From an uncultured Burkholderiaceae bacterium (lineage in GTDB: Bacteria; Pseudomonadota; Gammaproteobacteria; Burkholderiales; Burkholderiaceae_C), in NCBI GenBank assembly GCA_964544605.1, contig CAZJBX010000009.1, positions 3 through 64,002 on the forward strand: DNA of 64,000 nucleotides, written 5' to 3'. The stretch's first letter is position 1. Each line of letters opens with the position of its first letter. The translations under genes were made by a program, and so were the position numbers. The notes under the pieces were generated by a model, which had not been told where the DNA came from, did no database searches, and saw only the letters and a program-made list of their open reading frames with translations. Below are positions 40,206-51,452 of this stretch, in pieces.

Positions 40206-41699
40206 ATGCACGATTTCGGCATCATTGGTAGCGGCTTTGGCGGCGCTGTGGCGGCTGATGTCCTCAGCCGAGCGGGGGCCGATGTGCTGCTGCTCGAACG
40301 CGGCCCTTGGCGGCGCAGCCTGCCGACGCAAAGCAGCTCACTCGACCCGGCCCTGCTGCGGCCCTTGCCGCAGGGGCGGCATTTTTTGAGCCATGTGCTG
40401 CACGCCCTGCACCACCCCAAGCTGCCCACGGGCGGCGTGCGCGGCCACCGCCACGGCCTGCTGGAAGTTTTTGCCGAGCCAGGCATTCGCGCCATTTGCA
40501 CCAGTGCCGTGGGCGGCGGCAGCCATGCGTATGGCGGCTTGCACGCCCTGCCCTTGCGTGCTGATTATTGGGATGGCCATGCCGAGGGCTTGAGCAGCGC
40601 GGGCATGGCGGCGCACTATCAGGCGCTGTTGCAGCAATGGGGCTCGGCCCCTGCGCCTGCGCCCGAGCACCCGCTGCGCCAAGGCCAACCCGTGCAAGCT
40701 TGGGAGCAGACGGGCGGCCCCTTTGTGCCCCTGCCTGCGGCGCAAGAGCCGCACTGGGGCTATTTGCTGGCGGGCAGTGGCAAGCCGCAGCCGCGCCAAG
40801 TGCATGGCCTGCTGCGGCAGGAGGCCGACTTCCAGCAAGAGGGCTTGTTTGGCTCGCCCACGGGCGGCAAAACCACTTTGGATGTCGCCTGCCTGCTGCC
40901 CGCCATGCAAGCGGCGGGGTTGCAAGTGCAGGCCGAGTGCGCCGTCAGCCACATCGCGCAGCGGCCTGGCGGCGGCTTTGTGCTGCACTACAGCCAAGGC
41001 GCTCAGTCCCAGCAAGTGGCCGTGCGCCAAGTGCTGGTGGCGGCGGGCACGCTGGGCACGGTGGCCTTGCTGCTGCGCAGCCAAGCGGCGGGTGGCCTGC
41101 CGCCCATGCCGGCCTTGGGCCAAGGCTGGGTCAGCAATGGCGATGCCATGGCCTACTTCCCCGTGCGCACGGCGGGCGCGGCACACAGCCGCCACGGCAT
41201 GTACCAGCGCATTTTTCGGCATGAGGCCGACGGTGAAAACGGGCCGATTTTTCTGCAAACGGGTTTGAGCGGCTTGGGTGCCGTGCCCATGCCAGCGGCC
41301 TTGCGGCGCTGGCTGGACCGCGACCTTTTTATTTCCGCCATGGGCATAGACGATGTGCCGGGCCGCCTGTGGCTGGATGCCCGCCAGCGCCTGCGGATGG
41401 ATTACGCGCGCCAAGCGCAGGCGGTGTTTCAGCGCGTGGATGCCCACTGGCGCAGCTTGGGCGCGCTATCGGGCCAGCGCCTGTATTGGGGCCAAGGCGT
41501 GGCCACAGTGCATCCTTTGGGTGGTGCTTGTGTGGGCGCAGATCCGCAGCGCAGCGTGGTCAATGGGCAGGGCCAAGCGCACCAAGTGCCCAGCCTTTTT
41601 GTGGTGGATGGCAGCGCCCTGCCTGCGGCCTTGGGCAGCCCGCCCTCGCTCAGTATTGCGGCCTGGGCGCGGCATGTGGCGCAGGGCTTGCGGGCCTAG
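40206..41699 (+). CDS. GMC-family FAD-dependent oxidoreductase (cholesterol-oxidase-like)
   Basis: N-terminal dinucleotide motif FGIIGSGFGGAVAA..LLLERG. C-terminal GMC motif HPLGGACVG...VVDGSALP. Confidence 0.75.
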   Translation: MHDFGIIGSGFGGAVAADVLSRAGADVLLLERGPWRRSLPTQSSSLDPALLRPLPQGRHFLSHVLHALHHPKLPTGGVRGHRHGLLEVFAEPGIRAICTSAVGGGSHAYGGLHALPLRADYWDGHAEGLSSAGMAAHYQALLQQWGSAPAPAPEHPLRQGQPVQAWEQTGGPFVPLPAAQEPHWGYLLAGSGKPQPRQVHGLLRQEADFQQEGLFGSPTGGKTTLDVACLLPAMQAAGLQVQAECAVSHIAQRPGGGFVLHYSQGAQSQQVAVRQVLVAAGTLGTVALLLRSQAAGGLPPMPALGQGWVSNGDAMAYFPVRTAGAAHSRHGMYQRIFRHEADGENGPIFLQTGLSGLGAVPMPAALRRWLDRDLFISAMGIDDVPGRLWLDARQRLRMDYARQAQAVFQRVDAHWRSLGALSGQRLYWGQGVATVHPLGGACVGADPQRSVVNGQGQAHQVPSLFVVDGSALPAALGSPPSLSIAAWARHVAQGLRA

Positions 41700-41737
41700 C
41701 TCTATCATGCGGCCTGTGCTTTTTTTATTTGCCCGCC

Positions 41738-43033
41738 ATGAAGCCTGCCCCGACTGAAGCCGCCCAAGCCTTTGCCCACCGCCGCCGCCAAGCCCAGCTT
41801 TTGCTGCTGCTGGCCATGCTGCTGTTTGTGGCCAGCTTGCTGTGGGCCAAATACTGGCCAGCGCAGGCGTTTTATGCGGGCGCGCTCAAAGCCTTTGCGG
41901 AGGCGGCGATGGTCGGCGGCTTGGCCGATTGGTTTGCCGTCAGCGCCCTGTTTCGGCGCATTCCCATCCCCTTCCTCAGCGGCCACACCGATGTGCTGCG
42001 CCGCAACCAAAGCCGCGTGGCGCACAACCTGGCCTTGTTTGTGCGGCAGCATTTTTTCAGCCCTGAGGCCATCAGCCAACTGCTGCGCCAGCACGATTTG
42101 CCCCTGCTCTTGGCGCGTTGGCTGCGGCAAAAACGCAACCGCCAAAACTTGGCCGCGCATTTGCAAACGGCGCTGCAAGGGGCGCTGCACAGCTGGGATG
42201 ACGCACCCATTCGCCGCCTCATTCAAAACGGCCTGCAAGATGCCCTGCGCCAAGCCGAGCTGCGCCCTGCCATTGCCCGCAGCTTGGCCTTGTTCACGCA
42301 TGAGGGCCGCCATCAAGAATTGCTCGATGCCCTCATCACCCGCTTGGCCGCTTACTTGGCCAAAGAGGAAACGCATGGCCGCTTTGCCCACCTGCTGGCC
42401 GATTATTTGCGCGAGGAATACCCCGTGTGGGAGAAGATGCTGCCGACGCAAGCCATCAGCGGCAAGGGGGCCAATATCGTGCAAGACATCATGCAAAGCT
42501 TCTTCTACAAAATACAAAGCCAGCCCGATCACTTTGTGCGACAAGAGGTCAACGACTGGGTGGCGCAGTCTTTGCAGCGCATTGAGCACGACCGGGCTTG
42601 GGCCGAAAGAATCCACGCCATGCAAGCCTATGCCGCCGATAACCCCGAATTCCAGCGCTTTGCCGCCAGCATTTGGGAAGACATCCGCCACTGGCTGCTG
42701 CAAGACTTGGCCCAGCCCAACTCCCAACTGCACCGCCTGAGCCAAAGCCTGGGCCTGTGGCTGGCGCAAACCCTGCTGCGCGATGCCGATTTGCGCCGCA
42801 GCCTGCAAAACCGCCTGGAGGCTGCCGCACAAAGCATGGCCCCTGAGCTGGGGCAGTTTCTAGAAGGCCACATCGCCAGCACCTTGGCCGGCTGGGATAG
42901 CGCCCTCATGGTGCAAGAGATTGAAACCCAAGTGGGCAAAGACCTGCAAGGCATCCGCATCAACGGCACCCTATTGGGCGGCGCCATTGGCCTGCTGCTG
43001 TGGGGCTTGGCCCAGCTTGTAAACTTGCTCTAA
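41738..43033 (+). CDS. DUF445-family membrane protein (YjiN-like)
   Basis: AMVGGLADWFAVSALFRRIP and C-terminal DLQGIRINGTLLGGAIGLLL are the DUF445 signatures. ATG at 41738. The longer ORF from 41369 overlaps the GMC gene. Confidence 0.75.
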   Translation: MKPAPTEAAQAFAHRRRQAQLLLLLAMLLFVASLLWAKYWPAQAFYAGALKAFAEAAMVGGLADWFAVSALFRRIPIPFLSGHTDVLRRNQSRVAHNLALFVRQHFFSPEAISQLLRQHDLPLLLARWLRQKRNRQNLAAHLQTALQGALHSWDDAPIRRLIQNGLQDALRQAELRPAIARSLALFTHEGRHQELLDALITRLAAYLAKEETHGRFAHLLADYLREEYPVWEKMLPTQAISGKGANIVQDIMQSFFYKIQSQPDHFVRQEVNDWVAQSLQRIEHDRAWAERIHAMQAYAADNPEFQRFAASIWEDIRHWLLQDLAQPNSQLHRLSQSLGLWLAQTLLRDADLRRSLQNRLEAAAQSMAPELGQFLEGHIASTLAGWDSALMVQEIETQVGKDLQGIRINGTLLGGAIGLLLWGLAQLVNLL

Positions 43034-43055
43034 TCTTTTTTAAGCCCGAAGCACC

Positions 43056-44087
43056 ATGACCTTTACCGCCCAACAAGCCCTGCAACGCGTCATTGAAAAC
43101 CGCGAAATCTTTCACGATGAAATGCTCAGCCTCATGCGGCAAATCATGCAGGGCCAAGTCAGCCCCACCCTGATTGCCGCCATCATCAGCGGCCTGCGCG
43201 TGCGCAAAGAAACCGTGGGCGAAATCGCCGCCGCCGCGCAAGTCATGCGTGAATTTGCCACCCAAGTCGAAGTGCCGCACAGCGCCCATTTGGTCGATAT
43301 TGTGGGCACAGGCGGCGATGGCGCAGAGAGCTTCAATGTCTCCACCACCAGCATGTTCGTGGCCGCCGCAGCGGGGGCCAAAGTCAGCAAACACGGCGGG
43401 CGCTCGGTCAGCAGCAAATGCGGCAGCGCCGATTTGGTCGAGCACCTTGGTGCCAGCTTGAACTTAAGCCCAGAGCAAATCGCCCAATGCGTGGCCGAGA
43501 CGGGCATCGGCTTTATGTTTGCGCCCAACCACCACCCCGCCATGCGGCATGTGGCCGCCGTGCGCAAAGAGCTGGGCGTGCGCAGCATCTTCAACATCCT
43601 CGGCCCGCTCACCAACCCTGCGGGCGCGCCCAACATCCTGCTGGGTGTCTTCCACCCTGATTTGGTCGGCATCTTGGTGCGCGTGCTGCAACGCCTCGGG
43701 GCCGAGCACGCCCTGGTGGTGTGGGGCCGCGACGGCCTCGATGAAATTAGCCTCGGCGCCGCTACCTATGTGGGCGAGCTCAAAGACGGCCAAGTGCGCG
43801 AATACGACATCCACCCTGAGGACTTTGGCATTGCCATGCACTCGGGCCGCAGCCTCAAAGTCGCCTGCGCTGAAGATTCGGCCCGCCTCATGCACAGCGT
43901 GCTGCACGGCGAGGCTGGCCCCGCCCGCGACATCGTGCTGCTCAACAGCGGCGCGGCGCTGTATGCCGCCAATATCGCCGCCAGCATTGCCGAGGGCATT
44001 GCGCTGGCTCGCCAAGCCATCGACAGCGGCGCGGCCCTGGCCAAGCAAAAAGAATTTGTGGCCGCCACACAAAAACTGGCGGCTTGA
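43056..44087 (+). CDS. trpD: Anthranilate phosphoribosyltransferase
   Basis: [35 protein letters not shown] motifs. 343 aa. Confidence 0.95.
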   Translation: MTFTAQQALQRVIENREIFHDEMLSLMRQIMQGQVSPTLIAAIISGLRVRKETVGEIAAAAQVMREFATQVEVPHSAHLVDIVGTGGDGAESFNVSTTSMFVAAAAGAKVSKHGGRSVSSKCGSADLVEHLGASLNLSPEQIAQCVAETGIGFMFAPNHHPAMRHVAAVRKELGVRSIFNILGPLTNPAGAPNILLGVFHPDLVGILVRVLQRLGAEHALVVWGRDGLDEISLGAATYVGELKDGQVREYDIHPEDFGIAMHSGRSLKVACAEDSARLMHSVLHGEAGPARDIVLLNSGAALYAANIAASIAEGIALARQAIDSGAALAKQKEFVAATQKLAA

Positions 44088-44174
44088 ATGCCATCGCCTG
44101 CCGCAAGCGACACCATTTGTCGCCTGTTTGCCTAGCATTGCCGTTGTCTCAATGCAATTAGAAAGGTGGCGCGT

Positions 44175-45143
44175 ATGGCGCAAGATCGTGTAGAAGTTTT
44201 ATTGGAGCGCGTGGCCGTGGCGCTGGAAGCCATTGCCACGCATTTGCAAGCGGCTGCGCCTGCTGGGGCCGTGGCCCAGCCCGTGGTGGCTGCCGCGCAA
44301 ACAGTGCTGCGACAGGTGGCGCAGGCAGAAGGGGCTGACAGCGCAGAAGCCGCTGCTGTCTCTTTGCCTGCCGTGCAAATGGGGCCAGGGCAGGTTTTGG
44401 GGCCGTTTTTGGCCCACCACGGCATCAGCATCAAGGTGCTGCCGCAGGCCGAGGAGGCCGACCGCGTGATTGACAGCTTGGCCCTGTATTTGGGCGACAA
44501 CTACGCCGCATTGGCCACGCTGTTGGGCAAAATGAAGCGCACCATGCAAAAGGGCGAGGGCTTTACCGAAAGTCTGAAAGACCGCCCCCAAAGCGATGTC
44601 ACCACGGTGTGTCAATTTGCCACCCGCTTGCATGAAATCGCATTTTTGGAGCAATATCAATACCAGCGCTCTCCTGCTTATTTGATTCGCGCCAAAACAT
44701 CGAGCCTGCCTATGGGGCAACGCTTTTTTGGCGGGCAATGGCTGGAGCGCTACATCTGGCAAAAGGTCAAGGCCGTGCACGCCCGCGCCTGTGAAGAATT
44801 TGGCCGTCCGCTGTCACTTGAGTGTTTGGTGAACCCGCAAATCGTGCTGCCCAATGGCGATGACTTTGAGCTGGACATCCTCGCCTCGATAGGCGGCAAC
44901 ATCTACTGGATTGAAGCCAAAACCGGCGACTACCAGCAGCATGTGAACAAATACGCCAAATTTGCCAAACAACTGGGGCTGGATCGCCAGCACTCTTGGA
45001 TGGTGCTCAGCGAAGCCAGCCCCGATCGCTGCGACACCCTGTCTGCCTTGTTTGGTATGCAGGTGAGCCATTTGCAGGGCTTTGAAGCCCGCCTATGGGC
45101 GCAATTGCAAGCTGACGAAGCGGCGGGTTTGCTCAATTTGTAA
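44175..45143 (+). CDS. Hypothetical protein with C-terminal Card1/DUF1887-like PD-(D/E)xK nuclease domain
   Basis: C-terminus FFGGQWLERYIWQKV ... NGDDFELDILASIGGNIYWIEAKTGDY gives E...D-x13-ExK, in the order I recall for the Card1/Can2 nuclease domain. Ala-rich N-terminal ~70 aa. SD AAAGGTGG upstream of ATG 44175 (GTG at 44166 possible). Confidence 0.6.
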   Translation: MAQDRVEVLLERVAVALEAIATHLQAAAPAGAVAQPVVAAAQTVLRQVAQAEGADSAEAAAVSLPAVQMGPGQVLGPFLAHHGISIKVLPQAEEADRVIDSLALYLGDNYAALATLLGKMKRTMQKGEGFTESLKDRPQSDVTTVCQFATRLHEIAFLEQYQYQRSPAYLIRAKTSSLPMGQRFFGGQWLERYIWQKVKAVHARACEEFGRPLSLECLVNPQIVLPNGDDFELDILASIGGNIYWIEAKTGDYQQHVNKYAKFAKQLGLDRQHSWMVLSEASPDRCDTLSALFGMQVSHLQGFEARLWAQLQADEAAGLLNL

Positions 45144-45161
45144 ACCCTGCTGCGCCAGCCC

Positions 45162-45190
45162 AAAAAAAAGGACGCTGCGGCGTCCTTTTT
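45162..45190. terminator. Bidirectional Rho-independent terminator between the nuclease-like gene and gatB
   Basis: AAAAAAAA-GGACGC-tgcg-GCGTCC-TTTTT. Confidence 0.8.
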
Positions 45191-45206
45191 CTTGTGCGGC
45201 CGTGGT

Positions 45207-46676
45207 TTATGCCATTTTGTCGCGCAGCATTTGCGTGAAGACGGCGGGGTTGCCCTGGCCTTTGCTGGCCTTCATGGCTTGGCCGACCATGGCGTTCAGG
45301 GCCTTGTCTTTGCCGCCTTTGAATTCCTCCACCATTTTTGGGTTGGCGGCGATGATGCCGTCGATGATTTTTTCGAGTGCGCCCGTGTCTTGAATTTGGC
45401 GCAGGCCTTTGGCGTCAATGATTTTTTCCACATCGGCCTGGCCACCTTCCCACAGCACATCCAGCACTTGTTTGCCGGCGTTGTTGCTGATGTCGCCTTT
45501 GGCGATGAGGGCAATCATTTGCCCCAGGGCTTCGGGCGGCACGGGGCAGGCGGTGATGTCGGCTTCAAGTGCATTCAGGCGTTTGGCGATGTCGCCCATG
45601 ACCCAGTTGGCCGCCAGTTTGCCTTGGCCTGAGGCTTGGGCCGCCGCTTCAAAGTAGGCGGCGTTGGCGGGGCTGGATGTGAGGGTGACGGCATCGTATT
45701 CGGGCAGCTCGTAGTCGGCCATCAGGCGCTCGACCAACTGGCGCGGCAGCTCAGGCATTTGCGCCTGCACTTCTTGCACCCAACTGCGCTCAATGATGAG
45801 GGGGGGCAGGTCGGGGCTGGGGAAGTAGCGGTAGTCGGCGGCGTCCTCTTTTTCGCGCATGGCGCGGGTTTCGCCCGTGTCGGGGTCAAACAAAACGGTC
45901 GCTTGTTTGAAGCTGAGGCCGTCCTCAATTTGCTCGATTTGCCAGCGCACCTCGTAGTCGATGGCCTGCTGCATGTGGCGGAAGCTGTTGAGGTTTTTGA
46001 TTTCACGGCGCGTGCCCAAGGGCTGACCAGGGCGGCGCACCGAGACATTGGCATCGCAGCGGAAGGAGCCTTCTTGCATATTGCCGTCGCAGATGCCAAT
46101 CCAGGTGACGATTTTGTGCAGCTCTTTGGCATAGGCCACGGCCTCGGCGCTGGAGCGCATATCGGGCTCGGTGACGATTTCCAGCAGCGGCATACCGGCG
46201 CGGTTGAGGTCGATGCCGCTCATGCCGTCAAAGTCTTCGTGCAGGCTTTTGCCCGCGTCTTCCTCAAGGTGGGCGCGCACCAAACGCACGGTTTTCTTCA
46301 CGCGCTCTTTGGCCTTGCCTTCTTCCACAAAAAAGGAGACTTTGCCGCCGATGACGACGGGGTGCTCAAACTGGCTGGTTTGAAAGCCGCTGGGCAGGTC
46401 AGGGTAGAAGTAGTGTTTGCGGTCAAAGATGCTGCGCTCGGCCACTTCAGAGCCAACGGCCAGGCCAAACTGAATGGCGCGCTCGACGGCTGCGCGGTTC
46501 ATCACGGGCAGGGTGCCGGGCAGGGCCAAATCGCCTGCGCTGGCTTGGCTGTTGGGCGCAGCGCCAAAGGCGGTGGGGCTGCGGCTGAAGATTTTGCTGT
46601 GGGTGGCCAGTTGGGCATGGGTTTCAAAGCCGATGACGACTTCATAGCCTTGAATGAGTTGGGGGCTGCTGCTCAT
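45207..46676 (-). CDS. gatB: Asp/Glu-tRNA amidotransferase subunit B
   Basis: [27 protein letters not shown]-terminal YqeY-like domain. gatCAB order. Confidence 0.95.
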   Translation of the reverse strand: MSSSPQLIQGYEVVIGFETHAQLATHSKIFSRSPTAFGAAPNSQASAGDLALPGTLPVMNRAAVERAIQFGLAVGSEVAERSIFDRKHYFYPDLPSGFQTSQFEHPVVIGGKVSFFVEEGKAKERVKKTVRLVRAHLEEDAGKSLHEDFDGMSGIDLNRAGMPLLEIVTEPDMRSSAEAVAYAKELHKIVTWIGICDGNMQEGSFRCDANVSVRRPGQPLGTRREIKNLNSFRHMQQAIDYEVRWQIEQIEDGLSFKQATVLFDPDTGETRAMREKEDAADYRYFPSPDLPPLIIERSWVQEVQAQMPELPRQLVERLMADYELPEYDAVTLTSSPANAAYFEAAAQASGQGKLAANWVMGDIAKRLNALEADITACPVPPEALGQMIALIAKGDISNNAGKQVLDVLWEGGQADVEKIIDAKGLRQIQDTGALEKIIDGIIAANPKMVEEFKGGKDKALNAMVGQAMKASKGQGNPAVFTQMLRDKMA

Positions 46677-46693
46677 GGGGGTATCTCTTGGGG

Positions 46694-48157
46694 TTAGTTG
46701 GCTTGGTAGCAGGCGGGGCTGGGGCGGCTGCTGGTGTTGGCGGCCTCAAACTGGGCTGCAATTTGCAGCAAGCGGGCTTCGCCAAAGTAGGGGCCGACCA
46801 GTTGCAGGCCCACGGGCAGGCCATCGGCCAAGCCAATCGGCAGGCTGAGGGCGGGTAGGCCAGCCAAGGCGGCGGCGGCGGTGTAGCGGTTGGCGGCAAT
46901 GGCGCTGCTGGCTTGACCCACGGCGGGCGCAGGGCCAGCGGCCACAGGCAGCGCAATGGCGGCGCAGCCGGCCAGCGCAGTGTGCAGCTCTTGCGCCATC
47001 AGGCGGCGCACTTTTTGCGCTTGGAAGTAGTGGCTTTGGATGTGGGCTTCGGCCAGCACATGGTTGCCCAAAATGAGGAATTGCTGCAGCAAATCGCCAA
47101 AGCCCTCGCTGCGCGATTGGGTGTAGAGGGCATCGAGCTTGCTGGCATCGGCGCTGCGGTGGCCAAAGCGCACGCCGTCGTAGCGGGCCATATTGCTGGT
47201 GGCCTCGGCTGCGCCCAGCAATTCAAAGCAGGTGGCGGCGAGTTCGCTTTGCGGCAGCTCAATCGGCAGCAGTTCAGCGCCCAGGCTTTGCAATTGCGCC
47301 AAGGCTGCTTCAGTCGCTTGCGCTGTAGCGGGGGCCAAATCAGCCAGCACAGCGGCGCTGGGGCGGGCGATTTTCAGCCCAGCCAAGCCCGTGCCCAAGT
47401 CGCGGGCAAAGTCCTCGGCGGGGGCATCCAAGCTGGTGGCATCGCGGGCGCAGTCTGGCCCGGCCAAATGCTGCAAAAGCAAGGCGGCATCGGCGGCGCT
47501 GCGGCTGAGGGTGGCCACTTGCTCGCAAGAGGAAACCAAGGCCGCAATACCAAAGCGGCTGACGCGGCCATAGCTGGGCCTGAGCGCCAGCACGCCTTGG
47601 TGGGCGGCCGCTTGCAGCAGGCTGCCGCCAGCATCCACACCCACCGCAGCGGGGGCCAAGCCTGCGGCCACGGCCACGGCGGCGCCACTGGCGGCACCAC
47701 CGGGCAGGCGCTGGGCGTCAAAGGCGTTTTGCACCGTGGCGCTGGCGCAATTGCCGCCTTGGGCATTGAGGCCGAATTCGTCCAAATTCAATTTGCCCAA
47801 AGTGACAGTGCCTTGGGCGCTAAGGGCCTCAATCGCCGCCGCATCAAAGGGCGAGCGATAGCCCGCCAGCATTTTGCTGCCTGCGCTGGTTTCAAAGTGT
47901 GCGCTTACTAGGTTGTCTTGGTAGGCCAGCGGCAGGCCCAGCAGCGGCGCGGCTTCACCGGCGCTCAGGCGGGCATCGGCGGCTTGCGCTTGGGCCAGTG
48001 TGGTGGCGGCGTTTTGCGCGGCAAATGCGCCCAGCTCAGGGTGGGCGGCGGCGCGATCCAAATAATGCTGCGCCAAGGCGCTGGCGGAAGTGCTTTTGTT
48101 TTGCAAAAGGGCGGCTTGCTGCTGCAAGCTCAAGTGGTGTAGGGCGGGGCTGCTCAT
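46694..48157 (-). CDS. gatA: Asp/Glu-tRNA amidotransferase subunit A
   Basis: Amidase signature GGSSGG-type region ([15 protein letters not shown]), 487 aa from ATG 48157 ([10 protein letters not shown]..). Confidence 0.92.
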   Translation of the reverse strand: MSSPALHHLSLQQQAALLQNKSTSASALAQHYLDRAAAHPELGAFAAQNAATTLAQAQAADARLSAGEAAPLLGLPLAYQDNLVSAHFETSAGSKMLAGYRSPFDAAAIEALSAQGTVTLGKLNLDEFGLNAQGGNCASATVQNAFDAQRLPGGAASGAAVAVAAGLAPAAVGVDAGGSLLQAAAHQGVLALRPSYGRVSRFGIAALVSSCEQVATLSRSAADAALLLQHLAGPDCARDATSLDAPAEDFARDLGTGLAGLKIARPSAAVLADLAPATAQATEAALAQLQSLGAELLPIELPQSELAATCFELLGAAEATSNMARYDGVRFGHRSADASKLDALYTQSRSEGFGDLLQQFLILGNHVLAEAHIQSHYFQAQKVRRLMAQELHTALAGCAAIALPVAAGPAPAVGQASSAIAANRYTAAAALAGLPALSLPIGLADGLPVGLQLVGPYFGEARLLQIAAQFEAANTSSRPSPACYQAN

Positions 48158-48214
48158 GGGGTGGGGCTCAAAAAGATGGGGGCAATGCAAAGGGGCGCAA
48201 AAGGGGCGCGGCGC

Positions 48215-48526
48215 TTATTCAATGACGCGGGGCACCAAAAACAGGCCGTCTTGCGCGGCGGGGGCGTTTTGCATCAGGCGCTCGCGGTCGATGTCGGTTT
48301 GCGCCACATCGGCGTGCAGACCCAAGCGGCCCTCTTGCAAATCGGGGCTGGGGCGGGTCAAGGGGGCAATGCCTTCGGTATTTGTCGCCAGCAGGTTTTG
48401 CGCGGCTTGCAAGCTGCCTTGCAGGGCGCTGAGTGCGGTTTGGGCTTGGGCCTCGCTCAAGCGGAGATGGGCCAATTTGGCGCAGTGCAAAACCTGCGCG
48501 AGTTCAATGGGGGCTTGCTGGGACAT
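48215..48526 (-). CDS. gatC: Asp/Glu-tRNA amidotransferase subunit C
   Basis: 103 aa. HCAKLAHLRLSEAQ.. and C-terminal FLVPRVIE are typical of GatC. Upstream of gatA. Confidence 0.88.
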   Translation of the reverse strand: MSQQAPIELAQVLHCAKLAHLRLSEAQAQTALSALQGSLQAAQNLLATNTEGIAPLTRPSPDLQEGRLGLHADVAQTDIDRERLMQNAPAAQDGLFLVPRVIE

Positions 48527-48755
48527 AAGGGCCTCTTGAGGGCTGAAGGCCAAGCCGAGCCGAATGCGGCTGTGCGCTTGGCTTGAAAAGGTGAGAAAGG
48601 GGCCAATAAGCCATGTAAAACAAGGGCTTAGACCACTGTCTGTAGAAATAAGTAAGGTATGATTCTATCTTTAGAAATGGGCCCGAGAAACAGACCGTTT
48701 TGGCTTTGTGGATGGGGCCTCATTTTTGCTCTTTTGCCCCCCTTGTTTGGGCTGA

Positions 48756-49904
<1,149 letters not shown>

Positions 49905-49917
49905 TAGGGAAGCACAT

Positions 49918-49943
49918 GGGGAGCACAGTCTCCCCAGTTTTTT
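49918..49943 (+). terminator. Hairpin plus T-run between mreB and mreC (attenuator or partial terminator)
   Basis: GGGGAG-cacagt-CTCCCC-ag-TTTTTT, 14 nt after the mreB stop and 8 nt before the mreC ATG. Confidence 0.55.
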
Positions 49944-49950
49944 GTGATTT

Positions 49951-50907
49951 ATGGCCCGCCACACCATTGACCGCCGTGCGCCGCCCCTGTTTCGACACGG
50001 GCCGAGTTTGCGCAGTCGTTGGCTGAGCTTTGCCATTTTTTCGGTGCTGATGATGCTGGCCGACCACCACTGGCATTGGGCCCAGCCCGTGCGCACGGCC
50101 CTGAGTGTGGCCATGGCCCCGGTGCAGGCTTTGGTGCGCAGCCCAGTTGAGGGCGCGCGCCATTTGCAGCAATATTTCGCTGATTTAAAGCTGGCGCAAA
50201 GCCAAGCGGCCCGTGCTGAAAAAGAACTCGCTAGCCTGGCCGCGCAACGCGCCGAGCTGATGCAATTGCGCCGCGAAACCGCCGACCTGCGGCAGTTGCT
50301 GGATTTGCAGCAGCAGCGCTTTGGCCAAGGCTTGGGCGCTGAAGTGGTGCTGACTGCGCCCGACCCCTATAGCCGCAAAGTCATCATTGATAAAGGCAGC
50401 CAGCATGGGGTGCAATTGGGCTCGCCCGTGCTCGATGCTTTTGGTGTGCTGGGGCAGGTGACGCAGTTGTATTTGCGCTCGGCGGAAGTGAGCTTGCTGA
50501 TTGGCCAAGGCTTTACCGTGCCCGTGCGCAACCAACGCACTGGCGAGTTGAGCGTGGCCTATGGCGTGCCCCATGCGGCCTTGGGCCAGTTGGAGCTGCG
50601 CTATTTGCCCAGCACGGCTGATGTGAAAGTGGGCGATGTGCTCACCACCAGCGGGCTTGATGGCGTCTATCCGCCTGCGCTGACGGTGGCCACCATCGAC
50701 AGCGTGGACCGCCGCAGCGACACCACTTTTGTGAAGGTGTTTGCCCAGCCTGTGGGCCAGATGTCGGCCAAATATGTTTTGGTGGTGCAGCCCTTGGGCC
50801 TGCACGATTTGGAGCCTGAAGCCCTGGCCTTGGCACAGGGCGCTTTGCGCGGGCAAGCGCCTGCCGCAGAGGGCCAAACGGTGAGCACACAGGAGGCCGC
50901 GCCATGA
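49951..50907 (+). CDS. mreC: Rod-shape-determining protein MreC
   Basis: N-terminal TM, coiled coil (LKLAQSQAARAEKELASL..), beta-barrel domains (GSPV..GVLGQV). Follows mreB. Confidence 0.9.
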   Translation: MARHTIDRRAPPLFRHGPSLRSRWLSFAIFSVLMMLADHHWHWAQPVRTALSVAMAPVQALVRSPVEGARHLQQYFADLKLAQSQAARAEKELASLAAQRAELMQLRRETADLRQLLDLQQQRFGQGLGAEVVLTAPDPYSRKVIIDKGSQHGVQLGSPVLDAFGVLGQVTQLYLRSAEVSLLIGQGFTVPVRNQRTGELSVAYGVPHAALGQLELRYLPSTADVKVGDVLTTSGLDGVYPPALTVATIDSVDRRSDTTFVKVFAQPVGQMSAKYVLVVQPLGLHDLEPEALALAQGALRGQAPAAEGQTVSTQEAAP

Positions 50908-51437
50908 TGATGACCACCGATGATGGGCAAGTGCTTTTGCCCGTATCGCACCGCTTTTTGTGGGGCAGTGTCATTTTGGCCTTGCTGCTGGAGGCAGGGT
51001 TGTTGCAGTTCTCCGGCCCAGCCGGTTTGATGCTGCCCGATGTGCTGCTGCTGGTGCTGCTGTTTTGGGCCTTGTATCAGCCCTATCGCGTGGGCGTGAT
51101 GTGGGCCTTTGTCTTGGGCCTGTGTGTGGATGTGCTGCACTACGGCTTGCTGGGCCAACATGCCCTGACTTATGTGACCATGGTGGCCCTGATACAAGCG
51201 GCGCACCGCCGTTTGGTGCAGTTTCCGGCCCTAGAGCAAGCGCCGCAATTGCTGCCCATTTTCGTCTTGGGTCAGTTTTTGCTGGTGGCCGTGGGTCTCA
51301 TCAGCAGTTGGACTTGGCCGGGCTGGTGGGTGCTGGGCAAGCCCGTGTTAGAGGCCCTGCTGTGGCCTGTGGTGGTGTGGGTGCTGCAAGCGCCGCAGCG
51401 CCGCCCGCCCGATGACGATGCCCACCGCCCTTTGTGA
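50904..51437 (+). CDS. mreD: Rod-shape-determining protein MreD
   Basis: 177-aa polytopic membrane protein. Its start overlaps the mreC stop (ATGA). Confidence 0.85.
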   Translation: MMMTTDDGQVLLPVSHRFLWGSVILALLLEAGLLQFSGPAGLMLPDVLLLVLLFWALYQPYRVGVMWAFVLGLCVDVLHYGLLGQHALTYVTMVALIQAAHRRLVQFPALEQAPQLLPIFVLGQFLLVAVGLISSWTWPGWWVLGKPVLEALLWPVVVWVLQAPQRRPPDDDAHRPL

Positions 51438-51452
51438 TGGGAGCTGGGGCGC

